Source: Bdellovibrionales bacterium
GTDB taxonomy: Bacteria; Bdellovibrionota; Bdellovibrionia; Bdellovibrionales; UBA1609
Length of the DNA: 64,000 nt
Reading direction: 5' to 3'
Assembly (NCBI GenBank): GCA_965205945.1
Contig: CBDBIB010000003.1
Span: 672,394-736,393 of the forward strand
Shown here: positions 18,151 through 29,114 of the stretch, piece by piece
How the letters are laid out: every line of letters starts with the position of its first letter
Position numbering within the stretch: position 1 is the first letter of the stretch
Notes under the pieces: generated by a model
The model's database searches: none
What the model saw: the letters and a program-made list of their open reading frames with translations, nothing else
Told to the model about the DNA's origin: nothing
Program-made: the position numbers and the translations under genes

Positions 18151-20271
18151 ATGAATTTTAAAAATAAGTTAGTTAAAATGAAAGGGCAGATTACAATTTT
18201 TGTAGCCCTTGTTTTTATGGTTTTGTTTACTTTATTTGGAATGACTATTAGTATGGGCATGTTTGTTCATGATAAAATAAATTTACAAAACGCAACAGAT
18301 TTAGCCTCATACTATGTAGCAACTAAGCAGGCTGAAATGTTAACAGCTATTGCCCATTCAAATTATCAAATTAGGCAAAGTTGGAAGCTTGCAACTTTTA
18401 GGTATAGAGTTATAGGAAACGGTGCAAGATCAATCGGCGGGTACAGACATCCAGGAACCTTTTCTTATCCAGATCAGTATAAGAATGATCATAGTGTTTA
18501 TATACCTGCAAAGGTACATATTAAAGGTAGTAATTTAATTCCTCCAAGAGTGTGTGTTGGTGCTACTTATATGTTTAAGGAGCTCAATACGGATAATGTT
18601 TGTTCGAAGATTAATTTTAGAGTGGGCTATATTCCAGAAGTTAAGTTATATACTTTAGGGAGTAGAGTAAGTCAAACTAATAGGCAAATTAGGCAATCAA
18701 CTATATCAATTAAAAACACTTGCTCAAAAAGTTCTTATATAAACTGGTGGTTTGCAAATACTATTGTTGGCTCCCATAAGTTAGAGCAAAGAGATAGAAG
18801 ACAAGTAATTCAGGCTTTAGCTAACAACTTAGCACTGCCCATTACTATTGAAGGAATGAAGGATTTAGAAGGTAAATCTGTTTTTGAGGGGGCGCTAAAA
18901 ACTTTTCGATTTAATCTTTCAGAGTCTAATCGAGAAGATCTTAATACAGCCACTATTAAGTTTACAAACTCGATGAAAGGGTTAAAACCAGAAGATTGGC
19001 TTAAGCCAATATATATAAATACAATTATTCCGTATTCTTTTATGACAACTACTGGCGGCAAGTGTGAAGAAAAACTGTATACACATACAAATTCTAGCCC
19101 AGTAAAAGGGTTATTTAATTCTGCAGAGGGTTCTTTTGCTGTAAAGTTAAAAAACTATTTAGATCCAGACAATCAGATAGAGTACTATGGTTCTTTAGGG
19201 GCAAATAGTGATAAATTTTTGAATCTTTCTGTAGGGGTTGAGAAAAACCCATGGTATATGGTTTATAACAAAGCAAGCGCAAGCGCTGTTTCTAGACCAC
19301 TTTTTTTAAATGATCTTTTTAAAATAGGAATTCAAATGAAAGCCATAGCATACTCAAAGCCTTTTGGAGGGCGTATTGGCCCATGGTATAAAAGCCAATG
19401 GTCCTCAGGTTCTTTAGAATCTGATAGTGGATACAGAACAGACCCTCTTCTTCCTCCTCGTGTTACTAGTAAAGAACTTGGGAGACCTAAAGAGGAACTG
19501 GATAAAACTCTATGGCCTAACTACTCACGTTTTCCTGGTGATAAAGAGGGGATGACCTCTAAGGCAGCAATGGTTGCAGCAGGTAAAATTATAGGGAAAT
19601 GGGGAATAAATGGTAAGTCTGAAACAAGTGTATTTCATTATCATCGAGCAACCTACTCTTATACAAATACTTTATATAATGATCCATTAGCACAAAATAT
19701 TTCTAAGGAAGGTCAGCCTTGGAATGCTTTTAATCGAAGACTTGAAATTGCTGCCATTGCGCCAGACATGTTTGATATGATTTATTATACAATTGTTCCA
19801 GGCTTTTATGATTATTTTATAGATGGCCCTAATGGAAAACTAAAAGATTGGCTAGTTGTACCAAGCGAAGTACAGGTTCGAGGTGATATAGGTTCTTCTA
19901 ACGAAGGGCCAGTAAAATTTGATATTAAAGATCAAATGAATATTTCTCAACCTTCTGAGCATTTTGATAAGGTTAAAAGAGAGCGCTTGGCGCCATGGTT
20001 GAACAATCCAGGTGGCAAAGCTTTTTTATCTTCATGGATACCGGGTACAGAAGTTATGAATTATGATCCGGCGGATCAGGGTACTGTAAAAGATAGGTTT
20101 GCCAAGTGTAATAAAGGGTTGGCTTCAGACAAAAAGCCTAAAATTCCATCAGAATGTTTAAACGGTGGACGTTCAGGTTATTCTGTTAAAATAATTTCTA
20201 AAAAGTACCTTGAGGCTGATCATCCTATTGGTGGTTCAGGAGTTTCAGGAAAGATAAAAATTGTTTACTAG
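18151..20271 (+). CDS. Tad/Flp pilus TadG-like pilin-domain protein
   Basis: N-terminal KGQITIFVALVF..LF....ISMG..VHDKINLQNATDLAS matches the Tad domain pattern; large Cys-containing extracellular region. Confidence 0.75.
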   Translation: MNFKNKLVKMKGQITIFVALVFMVLFTLFGMTISMGMFVHDKINLQNATDLASYYVATKQAEMLTAIAHSNYQIRQSWKLATFRYRVIGNGARSIGGYRHPGTFSYPDQYKNDHSVYIPAKVHIKGSNLIPPRVCVGATYMFKELNTDNVCSKINFRVGYIPEVKLYTLGSRVSQTNRQIRQSTISIKNTCSKSSYINWWFANTIVGSHKLEQRDRRQVIQALANNLALPITIEGMKDLEGKSVFEGALKTFRFNLSESNREDLNTATIKFTNSMKGLKPEDWLKPIYINTIIPYSFMTTTGGKCEEKLYTHTNSSPVKGLFNSAEGSFAVKLKNYLDPDNQIEYYGSLGANSDKFLNLSVGVEKNPWYMVYNKASASAVSRPLFLNDLFKIGIQMKAIAYSKPFGGRIGPWYKSQWSSGSLESDSGYRTDPLLPPRVTSKELGRPKEELDKTLWPNYSRFPGDKEGMTSKAAMVAAGKIIGKWGINGKSETSVFHYHRATYSYTNTLYNDPLAQNISKEGQPWNAFNRRLEIAAIAPDMFDMIYYTIVPGFYDYFIDGPNGKLKDWLVVPSEVQVRGDIGSSNEGPVKFDIKDQMNISQPSEHFDKVKRERLAPWLNNPGGKAFLSSWIPGTEVMNYDPADQGTVKDRFAKCNKGLASDKKPKIPSECLNGGRSGYSVKIISKKYLEADHPIGGSGVSGKIKIVY

Positions 20272-21503
20272 CTTGAATTTTTAAATGACAAATGTAGAAA
20301 AACAACAGCAGCTAAAAGAAATGGAAATAAAATTAAAACTGAATAGGTGTTTCCTCCTAAAAGCTTAGCACTTACACCAACAGCTAGGGGCCCTAATATG
20401 GCAGAAAGTTTTCCAAAAACATTTAAGAATCCAAAGCTTAGCCCTTGCTGAGATGCATTAATGAGTGTTGCAAAGTGTGAACGACTTAGTGCTTGAAGAC
20501 CTCCCTGTGAAAGGCCAATAAAACTTGCTAAAAAAGTAAAGGAATAAATATTTGTTATAAAGGGTGAGAATCCAACAACAATAGAATAACATAAAAGTCC
20601 TAAGTAAAGAGCTGCTTGAGTTGTGTATTTTTTAGCAACCCAATTCATGAACAGAGTTCCTGGTACACCAACAATTTGCACATAGATTAAAACCATGATA
20701 AGAGCGTTTTGCGATATCCCCATGCTTAGGCCAAAATCAATAGCCATTTTATACATAGTAAATACAACATCAATATATAAGAAAAACCCTGTTAAGAATA
20801 AGAGAGTTTGTTTGTTTAAACTTTTTAAGAATTTTAAAAAGTTTGAAAAAACTTTTTCAGGTGTATTTGAAATATTGTTTAATTTTTTAATGCCTAATAA
20901 AGGAATTGAAAAAAAGATCCACCAAAGACCCGCAGTTAGAAAACAAAGTTTTACTGGCATGAGAGGAGATGAGAAACCTAAATTTTTATAAAAAACTAAG
21001 GTAAGGCTTTGAAGAAGTAAGAGAAGTCCTCCTCCTAGATAGCCATAAAGATAACCTTTAGAAGAAAGTGTATTTAATTTTTTATGAGAGGGGTTTTTAT
21101 AAATTTTTAAGAATATTCCATCATATTGAGTATTTCCGAAAGCAAAAAGTATGAAAGAAGCTACATATAAAGCTAGAGCCACTTGATATGATCCTTCCTG
21201 GACAAAAAACAAGCTTGCTGTAAAACCACCACCTAAAACAGCGGTGAAAAAAAGAATTTTTTCAGGCTTATTAATTATTTGATCAATGGCATGACCTAAA
21301 AAAGGAAGGAAAAGAACAAGGATTAAAGATGTTGCAGAGCTTGCAAGACCTAAGTAAAGAGTAATTTCTTCAGATAAGAGTCCTTTGCCCCAATAATTTC
21401 TGAGCACTATGGGGAAAAAGGCAGAAGCTACACTAGTTGCAAAAACAGAGTTTGCAAAATCATATAAGACCCATCGTTTAGGGTTATTAAGATTAATAGT
21501 CAT
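20268..21503 (-). CDS. MFS transporter (UMF1/ATG22-like)
   Basis: WVLYDFANS.F, GY.GG, QALSRS.F, FGKLSAILGP; about 12 hydrophobic segments. Confidence 0.85.
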   Translation of the reverse strand: MTINLNNPKRWVLYDFANSVFATSVASAFFPIVLRNYWGKGLLSEEITLYLGLASSATSLILVLFLPFLGHAIDQIINKPEKILFFTAVLGGGFTASLFFVQEGSYQVALALYVASFILFAFGNTQYDGIFLKIYKNPSHKKLNTLSSKGYLYGYLGGGLLLLLQSLTLVFYKNLGFSSPLMPVKLCFLTAGLWWIFFSIPLLGIKKLNNISNTPEKVFSNFLKFLKSLNKQTLLFLTGFFLYIDVVFTMYKMAIDFGLSMGISQNALIMVLIYVQIVGVPGTLFMNWVAKKYTTQAALYLGLLCYSIVVGFSPFITNIYSFTFLASFIGLSQGGLQALSRSHFATLINASQQGLSFGFLNVFGKLSAILGPLAVGVSAKLLGGNTYSVLILFPFLLAAVVFLHLSFKNSS

Positions 21504-21753
21504 AGTTTTTATTATAATTTTTCTCCTAAGAGTTTAGAGCTATTTTTTAAATCTATATAAGAAGGTTTTTTATAAGATTTGGTTTATTTAATTTAAAGTA
21601 AAAATAAGTCAATGTTTACCTTAATTTTTTAACTTGTACTTGTTAAGGTGGCAATGACAGGTTTTTAAGAAACCTATCTAGGTGTAAAGTTTAAAATTTT
21701 TAAAAGCTCTTTTTTAGTTATACTTAAGCTCTTTGCATAAAGCCATGGAAACA

Positions 21754-21833
21754 GCGTTGTTGCACATGAGTGTTTAATCTAGACCAAAGGTTTAAAAAAT
21801 TACTTCCTACCCATTCTAAAATAAATTTAAAAG
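21754..21833. repeat. Dispersed intergenic repeat, copy 2
   Basis: GCGTTGTTGCACATGAGTGTTTAATCTAGACCAAAGG...TACTTCCTACCCATTCTAAAATAAATTTAAAAG matches 573-653. Confidence 0.85.
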
Positions 21834-21889
21834 AAACATATTAAGTATGCTTAACCCTAGTTTATTGTTAAGTAGTCATACAATTTAAT

Positions 21890-24049
21890 TTACAGGCTCG
21901 AATAAAAAGTTTTTTCTGATTGAGCTAGTGCTACTAACGAGTCTGCAGGATTAAATCTTTTTCCATATTTAGATTCATAAATTTCAAGTTGTGAAATAAT
22001 TTCTTTAAGGCCTTGCTTATCTGCATACTTTAAAAGGCCGCCTCTAAATGGAGGAAAGCCTGCACCCATAATCATAGCTAAATCTACTTCATGTGGTTTT
22101 TGAACAATCTTGTCTTCTAATAAAGCACGACTTGCTTCATTCACCATTGTAAATATTCCACGTGTAATGCATTCTTCTTCTGATAACGAATTTTTTCGAC
22201 TTCCTAACCCAAGTTCACTATATACAGTAGGATCAAAACCTGACTGTTTTCCTTTACTGTCATACTTATAAAACCCTAAGCGGTTCTTTTTACCTAACCT
22301 TTTTAAACCCTCTAATTTTTTAACTAAATTTGAAGTTTCTATCCTATCTGAAAATGCAGTTTTAAAAATCTTTAAAACCTTAACGCAAACATCTAAACCT
22401 ACTTCATCCATTAGTCTATATGGTCCCATGGGCATACCAAAAGTATGAGTATACATTCTATCAACTTTTACAACATCCATTCCATCATCTAAAAGAAATA
22501 AAGCTTCAGCAAGCCATGGGAGCAAAAGTCTATTTACTAAAAAACCTGGACCATCATTAACAACAACAGGAAATTTCCCCATATTTTTAGCTAGTTTAAA
22601 TGTAGTCGCTACAACTTCATCACTTGTTTCTTTTCCTCTAATAATTTCAACAAGAGGCATTTTATCTACTGGATTAAAAAAATGCATTCCTACAAATTGT
22701 TTAGGGTTAGGATGAGCCTTGGCCATCTCATTAACAGATAATGATGATGTATTCGTCGCCATAATAGCATCTGGTTTTAGGTTTTTTACTGTTTCTAAAA
22801 TAGTAGTTTTTTTAATATCCATATTTTCAACAATAGCTTCGATAACTAAATCTGTATTTGCAAATCCTGAAAAATCTAAACCTCCACTTAGATGGTTCAT
22901 TTTTTGAGTAAAATCATACTTTGTCATACGTTTTCTTTTTACTTTCTTATTCCAAACTGTAGCAGCAGCTTTAAAGCCTAGTGCCAAGGCTTCTAATGAG
23001 ATATCTTTCATCCTTACAACAATACCTTTATCTGCGGCTAGTTGAGCAATGCCTCCACCCATAGTACCAGCACCTAAAACTGATATATGGCTTACCTTTT
23101 TAGGTTTAACGCTAGGCCCTAGAACTCCTGTAGCTTTTTTAATATCTTCAGTTATAAAGAAAATATTTATAAGATTCTTGCTAATATCTGTTGTAGCAAC
23201 TTTTAAAAAACCTTTTGCTTCTCTTTTTAATAATTTTTCTCTGTTTGAAGAACCATAAGTATCCTTAATAACTGATAGCGCCTCTAAAGGTGCTGGATAG
23301 TGACCTTTTGAAACTTTCATAATATTTTTTCTGGCTCCTGAATAAATGAAATTTCTTAAAAAAGGTCCTTGCATAAATTTAGCAATTCCTTTTCCAGAAA
23401 ACTGTTTCTTTCTTTTTTTAGCCCCTTTTTTAATAATATTTAAAGTAAATTCTTTAACTTTCTTCTCAAAAATCTCCATAGGATAAACTTTATCAACTAA
23501 TCCTATTTTTTTTGCCCTAACAGCTGGAATCAATCTTCCTGTTAAAATAAGTCCTAAGGATTCCACTAAACCAATAACTCTTGGAAGTCTTATACAACCA
23601 CCAAAACCTGGAATAATACCTAACTGAGTTTCAGGCAATCCTATTTTTGTAAACCGATCATCTGAAGCAATTCTATAATCACAGGCTAGGGCAAATTCAC
23701 AACCCCCACCGACGCAAGCACCGTTGATTGCAGCAATAGTTGGAATAGCTAGATCCTCAAAACTGTTCATTAAACCTTGTCCAGATTCAACAGCCTTTAA
23801 AAACTCTTTTTTAGTATTTATTTTTTTAATCTCATTAATATCAGCGCCAGCTATGTAGATTCTAGGTTTTTTAGAGATAATAATTAGAGCCTTTATTTCT
23901 TTATTTATTTTAATTTCTTCTAAAACCTTTTTAAATCTAATAAGAACAGGTTTAGAAAACTTATTTACCTTCTCCCCTTCTAAATCTAATTCTAACCATC
24001 CAATTTGTTTATCTATTCTTAAAGCTACACTTTTTTTCATATCTAACAT
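21890..24049 (-). CDS. fadJ: Fatty acid oxidation complex alpha subunit (enoyl-CoA hydratase / 3-hydroxyacyl-CoA dehydrogenase)
   Basis: AGADI, GGGCEFALACDYR, GLPETQLG, GAGTMGGGIA, TNTSSL, GMHFFNP, GFPPFRGG. Confidence 0.92.
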   Translation of the reverse strand: MLDMKKSVALRIDKQIGWLELDLEGEKVNKFSKPVLIRFKKVLEEIKINKEIKALIIISKKPRIYIAGADINEIKKINTKKEFLKAVESGQGLMNSFEDLAIPTIAAINGACVGGGCEFALACDYRIASDDRFTKIGLPETQLGIIPGFGGCIRLPRVIGLVESLGLILTGRLIPAVRAKKIGLVDKVYPMEIFEKKVKEFTLNIIKKGAKKRKKQFSGKGIAKFMQGPFLRNFIYSGARKNIMKVSKGHYPAPLEALSVIKDTYGSSNREKLLKREAKGFLKVATTDISKNLINIFFITEDIKKATGVLGPSVKPKKVSHISVLGAGTMGGGIAQLAADKGIVVRMKDISLEALALGFKAAATVWNKKVKRKRMTKYDFTQKMNHLSGGLDFSGFANTDLVIEAIVENMDIKKTTILETVKNLKPDAIMATNTSSLSVNEMAKAHPNPKQFVGMHFFNPVDKMPLVEIIRGKETSDEVVATTFKLAKNMGKFPVVVNDGPGFLVNRLLLPWLAEALFLLDDGMDVVKVDRMYTHTFGMPMGPYRLMDEVGLDVCVKVLKIFKTAFSDRIETSNLVKKLEGLKRLGKKNRLGFYKYDSKGKQSGFDPTVYSELGLGSRKNSLSEEECITRGIFTMVNEASRALLEDKIVQKPHEVDLAMIMGAGFPPFRGGLLKYADKQGLKEIISQLEIYESKYGKRFNPADSLVALAQSEKTFYSSL

Positions 24050-24108
24050 TTTTACTCTTCTTTTTTAATTTGTTTATTTTAATTAATTTTTATAAGTTTT
24101 CTTTATGA

Positions 24109-25455
24109 TTAATTCATTCGCTCAATGATCATAGCACCACCTTGACCGCCACCAATACATAACGTTGCAAGACCAAACTCAACATCTCGTCGTTGAATTT
24201 CTTTCATAAGTGTTATTATTAAACGAGTTCCCGTTGTTCCTACCGGATGTCCTAAAGCTATTGCCCCGCCATTTACATTTAAGATTTCATCTTTAATTTC
24301 ACCCACAGCCTGACTTAGACCTAAGTTATCTTGCGCAAATTTCTTACTTGCAAAAGCTTCTTGGCAAGCTAGGACCTGTGCAGAAAAAGCCTCATTAAGT
24401 TCGATTAAACCAATATCTTTCATTATAAGACCGGCTCTTTTTAAAGCTAGTGGTGTTGAGTATACAGGGCCCAACCCCATACGTTTGGGCTCTAAACCTG
24501 CAAAGCCATAGCTTTTAATTTTTGCAATTGGCTTATACCCTTTAGCTAAGGCTTTTTCTTTCGTCATTAAAAGAACCGCAGCAGCTCCGTCTGTAATAGG
24601 ACAAGCATTTGCAATAGTAACTGTTCCATTTACTTTATCAAAAAAAGGCTTCATTTTTTTAAGATTTTCTAATGACTGCCCTTTTCTTGGGCCAATATCT
24701 TTTGAAACAACTTTATCAAAGTTTTTACCAGCAAATACGGGAGTGATTTCTTTTGCTAAAATCCCATTTTGTTCAGCTTTAATGGCTTTATCATGGCTAT
24801 TTTTTGCAAAAATATCCTGAATTTCTCTGCTTAAACCAAACTCCTTAGCTAAAATTTCTGCTGTCTCTCCCATGCTAATACCTTCAAAAGGGTCTGTAAG
24901 GCCTTCCATAATGGCAATACGAGGTTTAAATTTTGAAGGTTTTAAAGGTGACATTGTTGCAAAGTCTTTTATCTGGCTAATATTTGCACTAAGAAGGCTT
25001 ATTAAGCTCTTTACTTTAGAAAAAGGATTTTTTGCTTTTGATAAAGCTTGTAAACGCCTTACATGTTCATAATTCCATAAAAGTGGGCTTTGAGACATAT
25101 TCTCTGTTCCACCTGAAATAACACAATCCATAGCTCCTGACATGATTTTATCATATCCAGTTGAAATACTTTCTAACGCTGATGCACAGTTTCTATGTAC
25201 AGTTGCTGCTGAAACTGATAGCGGTAAACCTGCACCTAAGGCGACAACTCTTGAGATATTAACTGCATCTGAAGGGCTTCCTACATTCCCCATTAAAACT
25301 TCTTCTACAAGCTTAACATCAAGACTAGTTTTGTTAATAAGCTCAGTTACTGCTATTCTGCCTAAATCGCTTGCATGCACATCTTTTAATGCTGTTCCTG
25401 ATTTTGCAAATGGTGTTCTGACGCCTTCAACAATCACAACTTCTTTATTAGACAT
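24109..25455 (-). CDS. fadI: 3-ketoacyl-CoA thiolase
   Basis: RTPF, NCAS, NEAF, NGGAIALGHP.G.TG, CIGGGQG. Confidence 0.92.
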   Translation of the reverse strand: MSNKEVVIVEGVRTPFAKSGTALKDVHASDLGRIAVTELINKTSLDVKLVEEVLMGNVGSPSDAVNISRVVALGAGLPLSVSAATVHRNCASALESISTGYDKIMSGAMDCVISGGTENMSQSPLLWNYEHVRRLQALSKAKNPFSKVKSLISLLSANISQIKDFATMSPLKPSKFKPRIAIMEGLTDPFEGISMGETAEILAKEFGLSREIQDIFAKNSHDKAIKAEQNGILAKEITPVFAGKNFDKVVSKDIGPRKGQSLENLKKMKPFFDKVNGTVTIANACPITDGAAAVLLMTKEKALAKGYKPIAKIKSYGFAGLEPKRMGLGPVYSTPLALKRAGLIMKDIGLIELNEAFSAQVLACQEAFASKKFAQDNLGLSQAVGEIKDEILNVNGGAIALGHPVGTTGTRLIITLMKEIQRRDVEFGLATLCIGGGQGGAMIIERMN

Positions 25456-25638
25456 ATTTAACCTCGCTTATTTTTAAGCAACATCATCTACCTCACGTTT
25501 GTTTTTGTCAAAACGTGTTCAGATTGACACATAAACTTTTGAGCTCGACACTTATTCTTAAAGAAACTAGTTAAATCTTATGGGGCTTGAGAGTCAAATA
25601 ATGCATTATTTATGCACTACTGCTTAAGAGGATTAAAA

Positions 25639-27942
25639 ATGGATAAAATTGAACGCGACTCCTTAAAATATCATTCAAAAACAACTCCTGGAAAAGTTGA
25701 AGTAATCTCTTCAAAAGATGTCAGCACTGATTATGCTCTCTCGTTAGCTTATTCACCTGGTGTTGCAGCTCCTTGTAAAGAAATAGCAAAAGACCCGCTT
25801 AAAGTTTTTGAATATACATCTCGTGGAAACTTAGTTGGTGTTATTACAAATGGAACTGCTGTACTTGGCTTAGGTGATATTGGTCCTTTAGCAGGAAAAC
25901 CTGTTATGGAAGGAAAAGGTGTTCTTTTTAAAAAATTTGCAAACATAAATGTTTTTGATATTGAAATAGACACTAAAGATATAGAAGTTTTCATTCAAAC
26001 GGTTAAAGCCTTAGAACCAACTTTTGGTGGAATCAACCTTGAGGATATTGCGGCCCCTGAATGTTTTGAAATCGAAGAGCGTTTAAAAAAAGAAACTTCT
26101 ATTCCTATATTTCATGATGATCAACATGGTACTGCAATTATTTCAACAGCTGCATTAATAAATGCATGTGAGTTAACCGAGCGAAAAATAAAGGATATTA
26201 AAATTGTTTTCAATGGTGCTGGTGCAGCTGCAATGGCTTGTGCAAAACTTGTTGTCGATATGGGTGCAGATCCTAAAAATCTTATTATGTGTGATTCAAG
26301 GGGCGTTATAAGAAAAGACCGCACTGATTTAAATAAGTATAAAATTCCTTTTGCTCAAGATACAGCGCTAAAAACGCTTAGTCAGGCCTTAAATGGTGCT
26401 GATGTTTTTATTGGTGTTAGTGTTGGAGGATGTGTTACTGAAGATATGGTGAAGAATATGGCGGATAAACCTATTATTTTTGCCATGGCAAATCCTGAGC
26501 CGGAAATTCGACCAGAGCTTGTGTTAAAAATCTGTCCTAATGCCATTATGGCAACGGGTAGAAGTGACTATCCAAATCAAGTTAATAATGTTTTAGGTTT
26601 TCCATACATTTTTAGAGGAGCTTTAGACGTTAAAGCCACTAATATTACTGAGAATATGAAGCAAGCTGCTGCTTATGCTATTGCAGAACTTGCTAGAGAA
26701 TCTGTTCCTGATGAAGTTTCTCAAGCTTATGATGGTGAGATCTTTCACTTTGGCCCTAATTATATTATTCCAAAGCCTTTTGATCCTCGTGTACTCTTAA
26801 GGGTTGCCCCTGCTGTAGCTAAAGCTGCTATGAAGGATGGGGTTGCGCAAAATCCTATTAAAAACATGAAAGCCTATATTGAAGGGCTAGAAAGGTTTTT
26901 AGGCGCTAAACAAAGTTTTATAAGGCCAATCATAAATAGAATTGTTAGAACAAATAAAAAAATAAAGAACATACCTAAAATCGTTTTTCCCGAAGCCAGA
27001 AGTAGGAAGGTCTTAAAAGCCTGCCAAGTTATTATGGAAGAAGGTTTTGCAGAACCTGTATTGATTGGATCTAAACAAGATGTATTAAGAATAGCTGGAG
27101 AAAATGAACTTCCATTAATTAAAAATATTCAAGTCATTAATCCAAGAACTGCTAAGAACATTAATACTTTAAAAAAAAACCTTTATAAACTTAGAGCAAG
27201 AAAAGGTCTTTTAGAATCTGAGGCTTCTCAATTAATTGAAGATCCCTATTACTACTCAGCTATGCTCGTGCAAGAAGATTTAGTTGATGGTTTAGTCTCA
27301 GGCGCAGCCACAGTATATTCTCAATCTATAAAACCAATCATTGAAATCATAGGGCCTGAAAAAGATAAAGTTATTTCTGGTTTAAATATATTTTTACAAA
27401 ATGGAAAATACTTTTTCTTAACCGACACAACAGTGAATATTAATCCAACAGCTGAAACACTTGCACAAATTGCAATTGATGCTGCTAAAGTAGTAACTTC
27501 ATACAAGCAAACACCTTCGATAGCTTTTTTATCCTATACAAATTATAAAGGGCATGGCAACTCTCCATCAAAAATGAAAAAAGCTGCTAATTTAGTTAAA
27601 GAACACTCTCCTTTATTAAATGTTGATGGAGAAATGCAGGCTGATACCGCAGTAAATAAAACTATTATTGATAGACTTTTTTCTTTTACCAATTTAAAAA
27701 GTGAGGCAAACTTACTAGTATTTCCTAATCTTGATGCTGCAAATATTTCATACAAACTTTTACAACAACTTTCTAAGGGTGAGATGATTGGTCCGATCTT
27801 AGTGGGTGCTAGCAAACCTGTTAATATTGTTCAAAGAACTGGTGGAGTGACTGATATTGTTAATGCTGCAGCTTTAGTGGCTTTAGAGTGCCAAGAAAGA
27901 AAATCTAGAACTCAGGTTTATACTGAAGAAATCAAGTTATAA
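25639..27942 (+). CDS. maeB: NADP-dependent malic enzyme with PTA-like domain
   Basis: [41 protein letters not shown] and C-terminal DGEMQAD; GAGG RBS before ATG 25639. Confidence 0.95.
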   Translation: MDKIERDSLKYHSKTTPGKVEVISSKDVSTDYALSLAYSPGVAAPCKEIAKDPLKVFEYTSRGNLVGVITNGTAVLGLGDIGPLAGKPVMEGKGVLFKKFANINVFDIEIDTKDIEVFIQTVKALEPTFGGINLEDIAAPECFEIEERLKKETSIPIFHDDQHGTAIISTAALINACELTERKIKDIKIVFNGAGAAAMACAKLVVDMGADPKNLIMCDSRGVIRKDRTDLNKYKIPFAQDTALKTLSQALNGADVFIGVSVGGCVTEDMVKNMADKPIIFAMANPEPEIRPELVLKICPNAIMATGRSDYPNQVNNVLGFPYIFRGALDVKATNITENMKQAAAYAIAELARESVPDEVSQAYDGEIFHFGPNYIIPKPFDPRVLLRVAPAVAKAAMKDGVAQNPIKNMKAYIEGLERFLGAKQSFIRPIINRIVRTNKKIKNIPKIVFPEARSRKVLKACQVIMEEGFAEPVLIGSKQDVLRIAGENELPLIKNIQVINPRTAKNINTLKKNLYKLRARKGLLESEASQLIEDPYYYSAMLVQEDLVDGLVSGAATVYSQSIKPIIEIIGPEKDKVISGLNIFLQNGKYFFLTDTTVNINPTAETLAQIAIDAAKVVTSYKQTPSIAFLSYTNYKGHGNSPSKMKKAANLVKEHSPLLNVDGEMQADTAVNKTIIDRLFSFTNLKSEANLLVFPNLDAANISYKLLQQLSKGEMIGPILVGASKPVNIVQRTGGVTDIVNAAALVALECQERKSRTQVYTEEIKL

Positions 27943-28214
27943 TTCTAGATTAGATAAGGTTAGTGTTGTTGGATGAGTGATAAATTTAATTTTAAAAATT
28001 TTTAAAAGAATAAAAATATAAAATACAGTGGCACCTTTATTAAAGGACTTTGTCGGTATTGGTACGTTAATTTTTTTCTTTAAAATTTAAAAAAAGCTTT
28101 ACAAAATTTAATTTTTTTTTAAAAGCCTCATGGAACGAAACATAATATTTAAAATGTTATTTCTACTAAACTTACATTGACCCTAGATAAGTTGGTTTCT
28201 ATAACTTATTTTTA

Positions 28215-29102
28215 ATGTCTAAAAGTCTTTTTACGGTCTTTGACCAGCCTTTTGAATTTTGGGAAAAAGTAATATTTACGGCTCATTCTATTAAAAACGG
28301 TAATTTTAAGCCTTGTAAAAATTTAGAAAATAAACGTATAGGGCTTTTATTTTTTGAACCAAGTTCAAGAACAAGGTGGAGTTTTGAGAAGGCTTGTTTA
28401 GATCTGGGTGTTCCTTTAATGACCTGTGTTGTTGATGAGTCTACAAGTCTTATAAAAGGTGAGACTAATCAAGACACTTTGGATCTTTATATTCAATTAG
28501 GTTTTGATCTTATAATTATGAGATCAGGTTTAGAAAATGTTTTAAAAAAAATAGCGCTTGAATCAAAGGTGTCTTTTATAAGTGCAGGGTTTGGCTCTGA
28601 ATCCCATCCAACACAAGCTTTATTAGATTATTTTACTTGGACTACTGATTGGAGCCTTGAAGTTAAAAAAGTTCTTATTATGGGGGATCTAAAACACTCA
28701 AGAGTTGCAAGATCGCACATTAGATTTGCTCAAATTTTTGGCTATGAAGTGGGTTTGTTAGCAGCTAAAGGTTATGAAATTTCTAAAGAGGAGCTTTTTA
28801 AGCTAGGCGTGGCAAGAGTTTTTTCCAATAGAGCTTTAGCTATTTCCTGGGCAGATGTAGTGATGCCCCTTAGAGCTCAAAAAGAGCGACATAAAGGTAG
28901 TAAACTTAGTGGCCTGGAGCCTTTTCCCCCTTTAAAAAGTATAGAGCTATCTGCTAACCAAGCCATTATGCACCCAGGTCCTTTTATACGAGATAAAGAC
29001 TTAGAGTCATCATTAATAAAAGATTCAAGGAGTTTAATTTTTAAACAAAAACGTAACGGTGTTTATTGTAGAGCAGCTTTGTTAAGTTGTATGCTTTCTT
29101 AG
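28215..29102 (+). CDS. pyrB: Aspartate carbamoyltransferase catalytic subunit
   Basis: FFEPSSRT..SFE, HPTQALLD, GDLKHSRVARS, R.QKER, MHPGP. Confidence 0.9.
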   Translation: MSKSLFTVFDQPFEFWEKVIFTAHSIKNGNFKPCKNLENKRIGLLFFEPSSRTRWSFEKACLDLGVPLMTCVVDESTSLIKGETNQDTLDLYIQLGFDLIIMRSGLENVLKKIALESKVSFISAGFGSESHPTQALLDYFTWTTDWSLEVKKVLIMGDLKHSRVARSHIRFAQIFGYEVGLLAAKGYEISKEELFKLGVARVFSNRALAISWADVVMPLRAQKERHKGSKLSGLEPFPPLKSIELSANQAIMHPGPFIRDKDLESSLIKDSRSLIFKQKRNGVYCRAALLSCMLS

Positions 29103-29114
29103 GTAGGAATTATA

